Notes: a model not told the origin generated them from the letters alone. A DNA stretch of 63,117 nucleotides, filler included, from Choristocarpus tenellus KU-1152 (GCA_964200185.2; 11 parts of 11 records of this genome joined end to end with filler, not necessarily neighbours in it), one strand, 5' to 3'. Shown: positions 11,024 to 25,383, counted from the first letter of the whole stretch. Translations and numbers: made by a program.

Positions 11024-14000
11024 CCCCTCCCCATCAACTGTCCCAGGTAGCAAGGTTTTGTCTCCGATCACGGTCTGATACCTTGTTTAAATTGTGTAAA
11101 AATATCTGGCGGATGAGATCAGGTCTAAACATGGGTTGAGGATTTAGTGAGGAGTTTGTAGAGAGGCGGGGTGTACTGCAGATCCTGGACACAACGCCAT
11201 CCCAAATCACCTCCGCTGAGATTGTGGCATAGACCTGAATAATCTTTCCAAGGTTATCACATGTAAGACATTCCAGGCCTTGACTTGTCTCCAGCTGGTA
11301 ACCATCATGCCGTAAAATTGGAGTTTATTGCAGGTGGTAAGTGGCTCAGGACCTGAAATAAGCTGTCACGGATCTCACGCTTTTGGAAGGCAACAAACAG
11401 CACCTGTCATTCAACACAACTGCAATCCTCCGACGTACTTCTTTTTTTCCTGTAGAGGAAGGACTCAGCTATTTGGCATACTAACCCCACAAAAAGATCC
11501 AAGTTCACCACATTCAAGATAGGTGGACTCTGAACAACCCCCCCCCCAAAGAACCCACCCACACCCACTTTTTCCACCCTCCCCCCCTATGTCTCCAACC
11601 TGCTATATACAAACACCAACATACCTTAAAATATCCTCTGATATAACATCTCCCAAGGAATATTCTTCAAGGTGGGTGTCCCCCACCACAAAGAACGTAT
11701 GCAGCTTCGGCCCCACTAAAACCTCTGCCAAATCCATCCCCCTGCTAACCTCCACATCAGTGGCCGCTGCCTCTGCCCCTGCCCCCATCGCCGCCTCTAG
11801 CACAGAAGCATAGGTCTTCCGGAAACCCCAAGCATAGGTGAGCTCCAGAACATCTGGGACAAGAACCCCTTTGCCTCCGCCGGAGCTCCTCTTGCCACCC
11901 CCCCTACCCTGACCCAAACCATCATCGGCTCTATTCCCACAGTCACCACTACGACAGCCACAATCCTGGCCACCAGAGCAATCGGGCACAAGTTCATCCT
12001 TTTTTTCTGTTGCATACTCTGCTGCAGCTTGTTTGTCTCTCAACACGTCACCAGTCAAAGTGGGGCCAGGGGAAGTTAGGCGAAGCACGTGAATGACGCC
12101 ATTGACAGCTGGAATATCTATCTGATCGCACTCTTCCAAGTTCACACGTAGAGAAACGCCTTCGGTGAAGTTTGCATTCAGGGGCGCGAGACCCCCGAGG
12201 GCAAGGGTGGGCAGGGTCTGCGAAGAGTTCAAGTACCTGCAAAGGCGCGTGAAAACACGCACGTGTGTGTCCATGCCGGTGTGGTGCAAGGGTCTTGAGG
12301 AGTAAGCACAGGGGGCAGGGAGATTCTTGAAGGGGATTTGGGTACATTTCTGATCATGTTCTCGACCAAAAGGGCATCATCTGAGGCGTATATATACTTC
12401 CAGATGTGTGAGCAGCAGTCCTTTTCCAAACACAAATTATCTACGTGCGCAATTGGCTTCAACAGACCAAAAAAAAACCGAACAGGAAGGGTTTCCACAC
12501 TATGGGAGGCATTGAAAAGTATCAAATGTACATTGGAGTTGTCCACACTTCATGCCAACTTTAGTGGGCCATACATGCTTCCATATGGATTTAAATGTCA
12601 TAGAGCCAATGTCCCATTCGGCAGTTGTTATGCAAGGAGTACATACTGACCATCTTGTTGAATTAATCGATGCCCCCCCCCCCAAACCATACAACAAAGG
12701 TCAAAGTCAGACTCTGTAGTATCACCTCACCCTCCACTCCCTAAAAAACCACAAAAAAAACATGCCATTGAAACTTCTCCTATTGATACTATGGTTGAAG
12801 TACCCCTCAAATTTTTGCCAGGACTTCATAATCTACTCAAAACCTCAACTACCTCACCACTATACATTGAATCACCCCCCCCCCCCCCCCCCCCCCCTTT
12901 TGGGGGTGGTCTTTTTTTTTTTTTTTTTTTTTTTTTTGNNNNNNNNAGGACTTCATAATCTACACAAAACCCCAACTCCCCCACCACTATACATTGAATC
13001 ACCCCCCCCCCCCAAAATTCAAATATAAAAAAAGAGGGATCACCTAGAGAACAGTCCTGGACCAGGCACCAAATGATAGGCGAGGAGCTCCCGCAGCGGA
13101 TTCCACACTGAACTCTGTCCTTCCCCATCATCCTCCTCTGAGTCCCCTGATTCCAGGTGATCCCCGCCAGCTGAACCTCTGCCCTCACTACCAAATCTGC
13201 TGCTGCTACCACTGCTGGAGTTGCTAAAGAGCCAAGGGCGTTCTTCCTCCAGCCTGGCAAGTGCCTCATCCGTGGGGGCAAAGACTGTGAAGGCGCTATC
13301 TCCTTCTGAACCCACTCCACCACTCCAGGACCAGGAAGATGAGGCACCAACAGAGAGTCCAACTTCTCTCAGGAGGGTAGCAAAGCGACCAAGACCTGGT
13401 GTGGTCTCCAACACCTGGGCAATGTCCATCCCTGACTCAGGGGGGAATATCACCCTGGGGATGTGACATTTTGTGGATGGTGTTTTGTGGTTGTACTCAG
13501 GTGTTGATGTAATGGGCGGGGTTTTTGATGACATGTATGTGCTATGTATGTGTATTATGCATGTGTTGTACGGCTGGGTGAGGAGGTGGCAGTAGTTGAA
13601 GTTGGGATGTTGTGGCCAAAAATTGCTCTCCATAGTTGACAAAATGGATAAGCAGTCCACCAATAGGACATAGTCAGGAGGAGATGATACTGACGATGTA
13701 AGGAATGCTGTAGGGTGATTGTGTGCATTCGATTGACTCACGTGTACCAGCTGTATTCTATTGGTAAAAAAACCTGCTCTGGTACAACTGTAACTCCTGG
13801 CTTGCATATTTTGAAAAAATATCATCATCATGACTCTAGTCTCTGTTATTGCAATAACCAGGATGATTCTTCACTGGTACAATATTGGCAACAATAGTTA
13901 GGGTTATGGTGATGGATCAATGCCAGACTGTTAATCTCAAATACTCCAGTAGCTGCTTCTGCTATCATGGGCCTTGTCTGATACAATAAAGCATTTACTA

Positions 14001-16024
14001 CTACTACTACTAATGATGATGGTGATGATGATGGAGATGATGTGGTTTCAAGGTGCTTATCTTTTGATGGTTTGTTCCATAACACTAGGATGATTCTCCT
14101 TGACAGGACAGGACCGGCTGTGATCATTATTACCACACACAATATCCTGATTCTAATGAAAATAGTATTAATAGCAACATACGCCATAGCGTGCATGCTC
14201 TTGAGTCACCCCCCCCCCCCCCCCCCCACCCCAACACAAAAACACCCCTTCCCCAATATAACAAAAAAAAAAAAAAAATTTAAAAACATCAATCCGAACC
14301 ACGAACCATCAACTCATTTCCCAAGACAACAAGCTTAACCCCACCCCCCCAAACCAAGAAGCTACCCGTAAAGCAACACCTGCACTCAATTTTTGTGCTC
14401 TACTAAAAGAAAACATTGCCTTTCCCTTCACTCACTACAATGATGGCAGAAGATGGGTGGGGTGTGATGGAAACATGGGATTGGGAGGAAGGAGGGCACT
14501 GACCTCATCATTGCAGCTATAGGTGTGGCTATAGGCTGTACTAAAAAAGCTTGAGAACATTCCAATCGCTTGGAGTATACAATATATATATATATATTAA
14601 ATGGTATTGGTGTTGTCGAGATAATGACAATCTATCGCCTTGTAAATTCACTAACCCTAATTTGTAGAATATCTCGATTGTATGCATAGAGGTGTTACTA
14701 TACTAGTGAAAAAATATGAAAACAACAAATCAATAAGAAGTTTCAGGATGTCTTAATCACACACACACAAGCAATACAACACTAACAAAAAAAAACACTA
14801 ACAAGTTCCAAAATATATCCCAGTTATATATACATACAGAAGCACTAGCACATCAATAAAAAAAGAATCAACTAAGAAGCTCCAGAATACATCTCAGTCG
14901 TATACAAAGAATCACAACTATATTAATTTAAAAATAACGTAGTATTTTCTTATCTATAAGCAATCGCTACAAACAAGTTACATCTTCACCTGTCTATGGC
15001 GTGAACAGCACACAGGTGTGCGCCATTAAGAGCGAAAGTGTTGCTGGCTTGAGACCTGGTGCCACAGTCATGCCCCACCCCTAACCCCTCCACACACTGG
15101 TACACCCTTCAGGAAAAGAAAAAAAAGAGGAGATATATTATCATTTTATTACAGTGCCATGTGTGCGAATCTCCAAAATATACACCTTGCATGCAGAAAA
15201 ATATGAAATAAAATAACAGCCTTCCATGGTAGTAGATACCCATAATTGTATCACCAGCTCCGAAATGTAAGGCGGATACTGACTAGCACCAGGGAGGTGG
15301 GGGGGGAGGAATGTGGTGGGTGGGGGTAACCAAGCACGCATACACTGCACACCAAAGTGGTACTGTCACCAACCTTGCATTGTCCACATACACCTCTTTG
15401 TCCTTGATAGATGCACCGGATGGAAGGGTTGAGGACGTACCCATTTCCACCAAGCGAACTCTGACAGTCACCTCCCTATCAGGACCACCAGCGGTGCCGT
15501 TTATTGTATTGTTGATAAATGTTGGAAGGTGTGATTCATCCAAGAATGAAGAGGCAAATGGATCCACGGCGGAGGGCAGGAAGAGAATGGCACCCGCCAG
15601 GGTTTCCAGTGCGTGGGAGAGTAGAAGGTGTTCTGCAGCGCTTGAAGTTAGGGAGGCGTTACCCCCCGGTAACCAGGGCCGTGAGGGGAGAGCACCGGAG
15701 GATATGGCCAGTTCAAACGCCTACACATGGAGAGGAAAAATGGGATGTTTGTGGGTTGGGAAAGGGGAACAAGGTGGAGAGTTGGATGGAACAGGGAAGG
15801 AGGATGAGTGTTTGAAGGAAAGGTCCCCATTTCATAAAAAAAAACTTCACAAAGAACCCCATTTCATCAAAAACATGCACCTCTCTCTATCTCTCTCATT
15901 CACTCTCTCTTCTCCTCTGCATACAATCAATACACCAAACCATTCAACATGTACTTCTCTACACATTCCCTTTTTTTACTCTTATTTTTGAGCCAATCAA
16001 CACCAGACAGAGACAGACAGAGAC

Positions 16025-16061
<37 letters not shown>

Positions 16062-17193
16062 ATGGACTGTCTATGTGCTTATTAAGCACAAGACACTATA
16101 CCTTTTTACAGCACAAAAAACACACACACAAGACACAGTATCTTACATTGTAGTTAGTTATTGGACGTCACACTCTCTTTCTTGTCACTTCTATAAGAAC
16201 ACCATACATACATGCTTCAAAAAGACCTCGAAGCATCTACTTCTCAATTATCATTTCATACTGCTCATTATCCAAGCCACCCTAACCAAAATTTTGCAAA
16301 AATGCGAAATAAAAATCCTCACATTGCCACCCAATGCCCCCCCCCCCCTCAGCATCGACCCACAACTTCATCATACATCCACAAATCCCTATCTTCCTCA
16401 CTGAATCACTCCTCCCATGTCTCGTCACTCATTTCATTACCGTCCCATGTCACCTCCTCCCCCCCCCCCTCCCCCTCCCCTCTCATTTCTTGCCTCATCC
16501 GTTGGAGCCAAAAATGTTAACGGTCCCCCAGCCTCTAGAACACCCTTTGCCACCGGCCCCACCAACCCCAACAGTTCACCAATTGCTGTAAACCCTCCAG
16601 CAGCTGAGAGTGGAAACAGGGGGTTTTGGAGTAAACCTGCCACGCTCGGGGGGGGAGACAAAACCCCCCCCAGGCGGTGTATCACCCCATTTGTCGCTGT
16701 AATATCCGCCTCTGTGATTGGAACGCCCTGGACGAAAAGGGCACCTTTGTCAATTGCACCACCACTACCACCACCACCACCACCCGCATAACTATTTATG
16801 ACCCCGTTCATGCCACAGTCCCCCCCTCCCCCCCCCCCCCCCCCCCCCCCTTCCCACCCCCCCCTCTCCTCCTCTTTTCCCTTTTGGGATAGCAAACTCC
16901 TTGGATAAACTCATTTGCTCTCTTTCCTGCAGTGGGTGTGCAGCAGAGGGCTGTCGTGAATGTCCAGCTCTTGTTGCAAATCCTTCCCTAGCTCCTCCTC
17001 TTACCCCTCCTTCACCTCCTCCTTCCTCTGCCTTGCTTGCAATAGTGTTAGTACTACTAGTGCAATCATTGTGGTCAAGCTCAGCACCAGGAAAAGGTAC
17101 AGGCCACCCCAGAGAGGAGGACCGTGGAGTTGGTAGCGATGACTCAGCGGTGATCCTGGTGATGTTCAGCTGTGGGCCTGCCAATGATGTTAT
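11024..17193 (-). CDS. Multi-FAS1 (fasciclin) domain protein, partial; exons 17193-16494, 15720-15374, 15106-14990, 13454-13044, 12236-11625, 11081-11024(gap)
   Basis: FAS1 motifs reconstituted across junctions: LTFLAPTDE|AF, VHAIDR|VIFPP, TVFAPTDEA, LLAYHLVPG, ATNGVIHRLGGVL, AVNGVIHVL; all junction phases agree. First exon has an apparent frameshift in the poly-C run at ~16820-16865. Confidence 0.88.
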
Positions 17194-18273
17194 CTGGTAT
17201 GGTGTGTTGAGAAATGAATATAAAGTGGCAGGGAAGGGGGGAGGGAAAGGTTAGTACAAGTGATTCAGGTTGTGTATGCATATACATGATAAGTGTCGAA
17301 ATAGAGAGCTACGAACTACTTATTGGACTGATTGACTGAAGTAACACTTGGGTTAGTTAAAGGTTCACTGTGTTAACAACATTACTGCATGATACTGACT
17401 ATATTACAAAAAAATAAGAACCACACACACCAAAGAAAAAAAAAAAGAAGCCCAAAACCCTCTTACGTTCGCATCCCCTCCCCCCCCCCCACACAAGAAC
17501 AACACACANNNNNNNNNNNNNNNNNNNNNNNNNNNNNNNNNNNNNNNNNNNNTTAATTAATTAANNNNNNNNNNNNNNNNNNNNNNNNNNNNNNNNNNNN
17601 NNNNNNNNCTAGGTTATAGCAGCAAGCAATGCCATGAAATCAGTAACTGTAAGGGCCCCTTTTTGATTGTTGTGTCAGGGGGGCTCGAGGATGATTGGGT
17701 TGAGATTTTACATTACCTCTAGGTTTGTGTAGGTGAGGAATACATTTGCAACACTTTACATTTTTTTGGTGGGGTCCCTTGTGTCTTGACCCTACAGAGT
17801 TCATGTGGTCTACTCACCTAGCAACTAGAATGTCTTTTCCTTTTTGAGTGTTGTGCTTCCTCAACCCATGGTCTCTAACCTCAAAAGCAAAAGCATTTTA
17901 TGAAGACCTACTTTCAAGCTACCCATGTGTTGCCTGTCACTTTCCACATTTTTTTCCTCTGTTCCTTGATCTCAAGCCATGCATGCTCATTCCATTGGAA
18001 CAAAATGTGAGATGAAAGACTAGGGAAGAACTCGTGATACTGTTAAATACACCCTGCAATTATTTTCCACAAATCAAGCTTGATAGTAGAGTTGTTGTTA
18101 TGTTATCTATTTAGTACTGCGGAGTAGTTAGAATAGCATATTCTTCAAGTGGTGAAGCTGCAGTGAACCGCAGAAGAGCAATCAGTGGACCAATAGTGAA
18201 GTTTGGAACCCATTTGAGTACTGAGCCATTTGCATCCTTCACCTATATGCCCACCCTTCATGTGGAAGAGCAG

Positions 18274-18898
18274 GTACGTGGTAGCCTTGACCAAGGCAGA
18301 CAAGTCGGCCAACTCGGTGTCAAGAGAAGTATTAGAAGGGGTGGTACAGGCATTGAGAGAGGCAGGGGTGTCCCGAACGCCGGTGGTGCTCACAAGTGCT
18401 TCATCACGTTTGGGGAGGGATGGGATGTGGAGGTGGGTGCGCATGCGAGTCATGGGAATAGATGTTACGGGTTCATGTGCCATGAACGGGAATGGGAAGG
18501 GTGTGTTCTGTAGTTTGCACTCTTGTGTATGGAAAGCAATTGGCGGACGTTGTGATGGAGAGAGGAGTGATCTATCTGGGCTGAGAATTTTCGGATGCGC
18601 CATTAGTTTATAGGCTGTAGGCTGGTTATCCTAGTGCAAGGGAACTGCTGGTATTGGAGCTTGCCTTGAATGATCGATGTACTGCAACATAGGAAGATCA
18701 CAATAAGCATAGGCCGTATTGTACCATTGAAAGCCAGGCGAATCCTGGGATTTTTGACCACAAGCATGTTTGATTACTGTACTGTACTTGAACTTACACA
18801 CATTTCCTTGTGGCAGATATCTTCGACTTGCTGCGCTGGACAGAGAGCACAGGTCCAGGCAACAAACACAGGGTGGACGTTCCCAAGTAGTAGATTGA
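18274..18898 (+). CDS. EngB/YihA-family GTP-binding protein, last two exons (18274-18432, 18817-18898)
   Basis: YVVALTKADK (G4) ...PVVLTSASSRLGRDGMWR|YLRLAALD...VVD*; GT-AG intron, phase 2. Confidence 0.75.
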
Positions 18899-20276
18899 AA
18901 TTTTTGGAACCAGATTTTTCACTGAACTAGTACTGATAAATGAGGGAACATTTACTCGAAATAAATGGCGTAGACACAACCTGTATTTAGGATGTATTAT
19001 GTTCCAAAATGTAGGGGTGTGGTCATCATCCTTGAGTGGAGAGACTCGTAGTGGATGGTGTGGGAACAGGAGGAGAATGATGCTTTCCTTCAAATCATTA
19101 GCCAAGGGAAGAATAGCCTTGGGGATTGGACATTGTCTGCATAATTGAGAGTGGATGTGGGGATGTTTTCTGTCATCTATTTGGTTTGTCAATGTTGAAT
19201 ATTTTGCAAGCGATTTTTTGCCATGTACCAACACCTGGAGGCACCTTGTGCTTATGCAGCAGTTACAACCTCTTTTCTGTGTACCTCCATACAATAAATG
19301 TTTCCATCACAGGTAAATTTAAGTGCTACCAGGGCTCTGCATTTTACAGTCACTAGTGCTATGCTATATATATTCTGTATTGAGTAGAGTTAAAAATATT
19401 CATAACCTTTTCTTTTGGAACTGAGTATATTTAAAGACTCACACGTAAATTTCTCAAATGGTGAAATTGTAACACACATCAGAGCACAACCAGCCTCCTT
19501 ATGGTGAGATACTTAAGTCAAAGTTGAAACGACAAGCCTCACGAACAACTTACAAATAGAAGCTGGAAGGTATTCTGGCATTTTTGTTGTTGTAATTGGA
19601 GTAAGTTTCAATCTCCTGGAAGCAAGTAATACTTTACATCCTTGGCTCACCCTTTGTGCATTCAATTATAGACACCATGCAACCTGCCAACTATTATGAA
19701 GCAAAAACTGCATAAATGCGAATCTGGTAACTCTATGCATGGTGCACACCTTGAAATATCTGCTGCACGAATCACTCTACTTCATGTACGCTTCAGTAAG
19801 CTGTTTGGTGCTCATCCATATATTGTGTTCAAGGTCCAATCCTCCTGCTGAACTCAATGTTTTTTTGATAGGACAATTCAAATCCCACTTTTGTCATCTA
19901 TTGTTATGGGGAGTCAAGCTTATGGCATACATGTTGTCAATTCTGCATGGCACAGGTATAATTCAGCAATCACTACAACCACAGGTGGATCGAAACTAAA
20001 CCTGTATCAACAGAGGGAGGAGGGATGAAGAGGATGAAACCTAGTCCACAAGAGAGCTTGAGGTGTACACGACAAATCATTCCACATTTTCCTTGCACCC
20101 AAGCAGGATATTACTATGCATTGTTTGAGTACAAGATGCCTTCTTCAGTAACGAGCAAAAATATGGACCAATCTCCGTCCCCCAAAAAACTGCGACACCT
20201 CAGAGTTTTTTCAACATATCACATAATAACCAATGCTGGAAGGACTGTCGACATGTAAAAAGAACGTCATTGCTCA

Positions 20277-20450
20277 TCATGCAGACGTTGGATATGGGCA
20301 GCCAAGAGTGGACATCACACTGGGTGAGTTTGTGAGAGTGGCGAGGGTGCTTAGTGTCTCGTCCTTTGTTGAGTCCTTGAGAAGCATGTCCTTGATCACC
20401 ATGCATCCACTAGAAAAATAGGAAGTGCGGTACACGTAGACGTAGCCGAT
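20277..20450 (-). CDS. Possible terminal exon of a small unidentified gene divergent from RPLP2
   Basis: ttggtccag acceptor then IGYVYVYRTSYFSSGCMVIKDMLLKD...CPYPTSA*; upstream exons could not be phased. Confidence 0.25.
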   Translation of the reverse strand: MGYVYVYRTSYFSSGCMVIKDMLLKDSTKDETLSTLATLTNSPSVMSTLGCPYPTSA

Positions 20451-21655
20451 CTGGACCAAGTTGACGTTAGTCGGAGAGCGTGTACATACAGTTAAGCGAC
20501 ATTTACACAAGGTGGTGAATTGGGTCAAGCCTCCACTGGCTGACACCAATCCAACAATATTTCGAGTACATGCTACCAATTACTGTAAATTTGACTATCA
20601 AGTAATACATGGGTATACAATGAACAGCAGAATACGTTTCAAATGGCGGGGCAGGACAGGGAGAGCAAGGCTGGCATTGTAGGACCTATCGTGTGTCCTA
20701 CATCATCCAGGCGAAGTCGATATGACTATTTATTCACGAAGCATTCCGGCGTACATTGGAGACCCGCGCGACTTTCGTGCGGTACTCGTACGAACAAGGC
20801 TCCAATCAGGTTATAAATTTCCATGCTGTATTCGCGTTCTCATGTTCCCTTCAACCTGTTGGAGAAAGGACCAAGAACAAGACACCATGATTCCAAGTCT
20901 TTTCAAAGCAAGTGCCCTAATCACAAAATATATCATTTCTGTACTTCGTAAATCCGATGGGTAAGCTTGGTAATAGCATTGCGGCTAACAAACTTACCCG
21001 TGCTCCCCATCCTCTACGATATGCCCAATTCTGTATCCACAACAAATATCAACTTCTCACCACAATATCATCATCCTCGTTCTCATTGCGCTTTGCATAC
21101 CACTGGTAAAACAGGAAGATGCACCCACATCCAGCAAGTACAAATAAACCCTGGGCGAGGGAGACCATTCTTTTCAAAGGTTGTGTTTTGTAGTGTTCCA
21201 AAATAGAAATGTAGATATGACATAATGAGAGATTCTTGATAGGGGTGGCTAATGTCTTAGAAGGCGTGTGCATGTTATTGTGAAAAATGGGTGGTTTGTG
21301 AGTCTGAGACCCCTCCTATCAGTGTCGTTCATCTTGTTTCCGGACAGAGTCCTTAATTGATTCAAGGTAAGTCCAGGTCAATGCCCTAGCTGCCACGTTC
21401 AGGGACTACTTATTCCCATTGCAGATGTTCCTGTGCATTGAACATGACTTGCGCCAGCAACAATATGGAAGTGGCAAGATTGGCATTTTTCATCCTCTCT
21501 CCTCGCCAATCTCCATGGCGTATGAATCGCTATCCTCTACCCAACTACTGCCCCGCCACAATGATTTAGGCTGATCAAATTACCCAACCTCGTTTGACTT
21601 AAGTGTAACTTGAACCGCCTTGACCATCGTGAAATATCATGGTCTTCCCTCCCAG

Positions 21656-22724
21656 ATGCGTCACCTGGCAACCTACATGCTCCTTGCGCTAGGCGGCAAT
21701 GCCAAGCCGACGAAGGATGATGTTACCAAAGCCCTATCTGCCGTTGGTGTCGAGGTGCGTATGATAAGAGTCTAGATCCCTGCTGAACATACTGAACTAC
21801 TTAGCCCCCTTCATAGTCTTTTCTGAACCAAGGAGTTCCTAGCCCATTGATCCCTCACATCTCAGAATCTCACCCGAGTTCGCTTATTGAGCCCCTCAGT
21901 TAATAATTGAATCTGGATAACTCTTATTTCATACTAATCACTACGATATTGTCCATGTCAGGTAGACGAGGACCGCCTTACAGCACTCATAGCGGAGATG
22001 GATGGAAAGGTGAGATGCCCTTAAAAAATCTATGCCAACTTGTTTCTGAAATGCCCGTTATCCTCATAATTCCGAGAAACCTTCAACTATATATTTGAGA
22101 AATGCCTTCCTCTGTAATAGATATATTTGAAAGCAAGGATTGAGCAAGATGATGGCTCGTATCCAGTTAATCGGATGTGCTGATGAAATGTGCTGATTAT
22201 GCTCAAGCAACCAGCTTGAAGGTGCACGCAAATTTTACATCTTGATGGTTACGCCTAGTCAGTCATGTACTCCTTGACTTAATAAATTCGGGATGTCGAA
22301 GTTGGTCTGTCCTTACCACGAGAACAGCAAACAATTAGACTGAGGGTAGTCCCTCCAGTGTCATTTCAACTACGTTTATGTTCACCCCGCTTCTTGCATC
22401 TTAATCCTCAACATTTACTTCTCCATGACCAGGACATCAATGAAGTGGTCGAGGTTATGTTCACCCCGCTTCTTGCATCTTAATCCTCAACATTTACTTC
22501 TCCATGACCAGGACATCAATGAAGTGGTCGAGGCTGGTAAGGGGAAACTTGCGTCCTTCGGGGGTGGTGGCGGTGGCGGTGGCGGAGGGGGAGGCGGGGG
22601 AGACGGTGCTGGCGCTAGTGCTGACGCCCCTAAGGAGGAGGAGAAGAAGGAGGAAGAAGAGGAGGAAGAGGTCGACATGGGTGGGGGGATGGACATGTTT
22701 GGTGGCGGTGACGGTAAGAGTTGA
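21656..22724 (+). CDS. RPLP2: 60S acidic ribosomal protein P2; exons 21656-21754, 21962-22009, 22512-22724 (duplicated alternative acceptor at 22433)
   Basis: MRHLATYMLLALGGNAKPTKDDVTKALSAVGVE|VDEDRLTALIAEMDGK|DINEVVEAGKGKLASFGGG...EEEEEVDMGGGMDMFGGGDGKS*; likely 5'UTR intron from the gtaag at ~21366 to the cag at 21655. Confidence 0.95.
22376..22533 (+). repeat. Perfect 79-bp tandem duplication spanning the RPLP2 intron-2 acceptor
   Basis: 22376-22454 is identical to 22455-22533. Confidence 0.93.
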
Positions 22725-23399
22725 GGTAGAACGGGGGGTTGATGATCTTCCTTCTTATTAATGTATATAGAATCAGATGATGTCATAATACACCATATTT
22801 AAAGTGAGTAGGAAGTGGGATGTATTTTCAGTGTCATACGGCATAGCTTTGCCTTATTTCACCAGTGAAAAATGATCTTACACCCTAGGCACAGCACTAC
22901 ATGTAGTTTTACATTGTTGGTAAGATTGGGTGAGGGTTTTGCCCATGATTCAAATGAAGTATTACTTGTGGGTAAAATGAAGAGGTATCTGTTACGGCAT
23001 TTTGCAACTCAGAAATTTAGTATTTAACATATACAGGTCCGAGACCATGCTTGCAGAATATTTGAGTGGTTGAATGTATGGATAAATTCAGAGTGTGCAT
23101 GAAAATGAGCTGAAAAGTTGTGCACATGTCTGCATGTGGTGCATGATACCAAAAATGTGTGTCCGGGGTGCGAAGGCAGATAAAATAAAAAATGTATCCT
23201 TCACATTAATACTCTTGTGTGCATACATCAAAACTTCAGCGTTTTTAGCATTCTTTGAAAAAGTTACAGCATGACGCGATCTTTTATATTTGTTACGTAA
23301 GAATCTTATTATTGGATTTGAGTAAGTTGGGTCAGTAAACCAGACAAGATCCAATGTGAAAAGCATGCTTGATGTCAGTGAATTAGGAGTTGCATGATA

Positions 23400-25330
23400 G
23401 GATGTAACTATAGCTAGCCAGGCTGTTATTGTGGGTACTCACGCCTTGAGAGGATTGCGGAAGGAGACATCAGACATTATCTCTGATGAATGGACATGAT
23501 GTAAGGCCAGGATTTTTGTACTGTAAGTTTCTTGATGGAAACACTGATATGTCAGCAGTAGTTGCAATACCTAGCCATCATCCTCCTATCAATCACTAAA
23601 CTTCTCCACTTGTGCATAAGCAACAGATTGGTGTGTAAGTTAAACCTGAGAATAACTGCTACCTTATCCAACAGGCTGTTCTCCTTGCATTGCCAATGCC
23701 TTTTTTTGATGGAATGTAATTTCCTGTGCCGCCTTTTATTCTGCCTCCAGGTGACTACTGATAACACCAAGAGATCAAGGTGCAGAGTCTTGCACAAGCC
23801 CCAGTACCCACCTTATCTCTTGATCTGTGATCTCCAGTCAGGAGAGGTGGGACATGTAGTTCAACTGGCCTCCTATCCTTCAGACACTCGCTTAGCCTTT
23901 TCCTTCATGGAGTAACTAATAAAGTGGTGCGCATCAAAGCAATTTTCAACTTTGGATTGATCTGGATTTACAGCAAGAAGCTCTCTCTGCTTGTACTCAG
24001 TCAAGTGATACCAAACCCTGCATCACAGTCCCTATCATCAACTTTGAAGCATACTCTTAGCAACATTTTCCCCCTGTCAGGCAATCATAGAGTCAAACCT
24101 TGAAAAGGAATGCACGAAATTGTGTTAAAATTGCCTGTACTACTAGTATGTCACGACCATTTCAGCATGGCTCCTTTCCTCTTATGTATTTTGAGACTTC
24201 TCCTCCAACCCCAGCAGGTGTGGGTTTATTTATATCGTGTAACAGCAAGCAAATCATCTTGTGCTAGCATAATTTGTTTTTGTTCAAGGAAACACTGGTC
24301 TTTGGCATCTGTTAAACTAACTTGCACTATACCTCTATGTAGTACTTTGAGTTTGTATTAAATTTAGACTTAATTTTTTGAAATGCCTTGTGAGATCAAG
24401 TCAGGTTCACAATGTTTCATATATGTTGCATTTTCTTTCCAGGAGCAAAGTTTGTCATGTTACTGTGTTGCACTTTTCCTCTATGATTTCTAAATGATTC
24501 AAGTTGATCTTAGCTGTAGCAACCAAGAACAACGCTTAGAAAAGGAAACAATTCAATGTTTCCTTGGAAGGACATTGATATGCTTGTGGCCAACTACATG
24601 AAGACATGCTTCCAGTTGGGCAACTATACAAGCGCTGACAGGAGTGAATCTTGTAGAACAGTCAAATCTTCAGCATGAAGGCATATATTCTATTCAAGGT
24701 CTTCTGAGAGGAAAGAAAAAGGTCTGTAGTAGCATTTTTCTCACAATATGTTCTGTTTGTCTGAAGTTTTCTCTAGGTGTCAGCTAGAAAAGAGAATTAA
24801 AATTTGCGCCCTACCAGGTGACTTCTATATGATAACGTCTCAGCTAGACCTTTATTTTTACTAGTGAACAATCTCCAGCATCTAAAAAACCATGGAAGTG
24901 CAACTGGGAAGAACATTCATAATGCTGTGCAACGGTATCTCAAATTAATGAACAAGAAACTTGCTGGGATAATCGAAAGTTGTCACATGTGTTGTACAGA
25001 CTCACATAAATAAAGTCTAACAATGGTTTGTCAGGTTGGTAGGTAAGTCACTATGTGTGGGAAATGGTATGTACTTGATCAATGCTCAAAGCAGGGGGTT
25101 TGTGACAGAACACATTTTGGCTGGTAATCGTATCACAGAATATGCGCATTGCGCCCATTTTCTTTTTTTAAGCACCTTGTGCTTGGCAAATCGTGTATTG
25201 TCACAGTAGTAAGTTGTAAGAGGGTTGTGGGAGGCCTCTTTATTTGGCGTTGTCAGAAGGCCGTGGTTGATGGATAGGTGACTTTTGACCTTTCAAAAGC
25301 TGTTTTGGTCTCCTCTTCATCAACTAGGAG
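23400..25330 (-). mobile_element. Possible ancient non-LTR retrotransposon relic
   Basis: Minus-strand fragments such as HAEDLTVLQ (~24650-24680; YADD-like) in stop-riddled sequence. Confidence 0.25.
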
Positions 25331-25383
25331 TTCTATGGGTTATGTTGACCATCTGCTCTGGTTGCAATATTGTAATTTTTAAG

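Noticed and set aside
12821-13015. ~65-bp direct repeat flanking a short N run
   Set aside because: Flanks a gap and low-quality homopolymers; most likely an unmerged assembly overlap
14500-14540. Possible micro-exon of the fasciclin gene
   Set aside because: Exons 14990 and 13454 join directly to give the canonical HAIDRVIFPP motif
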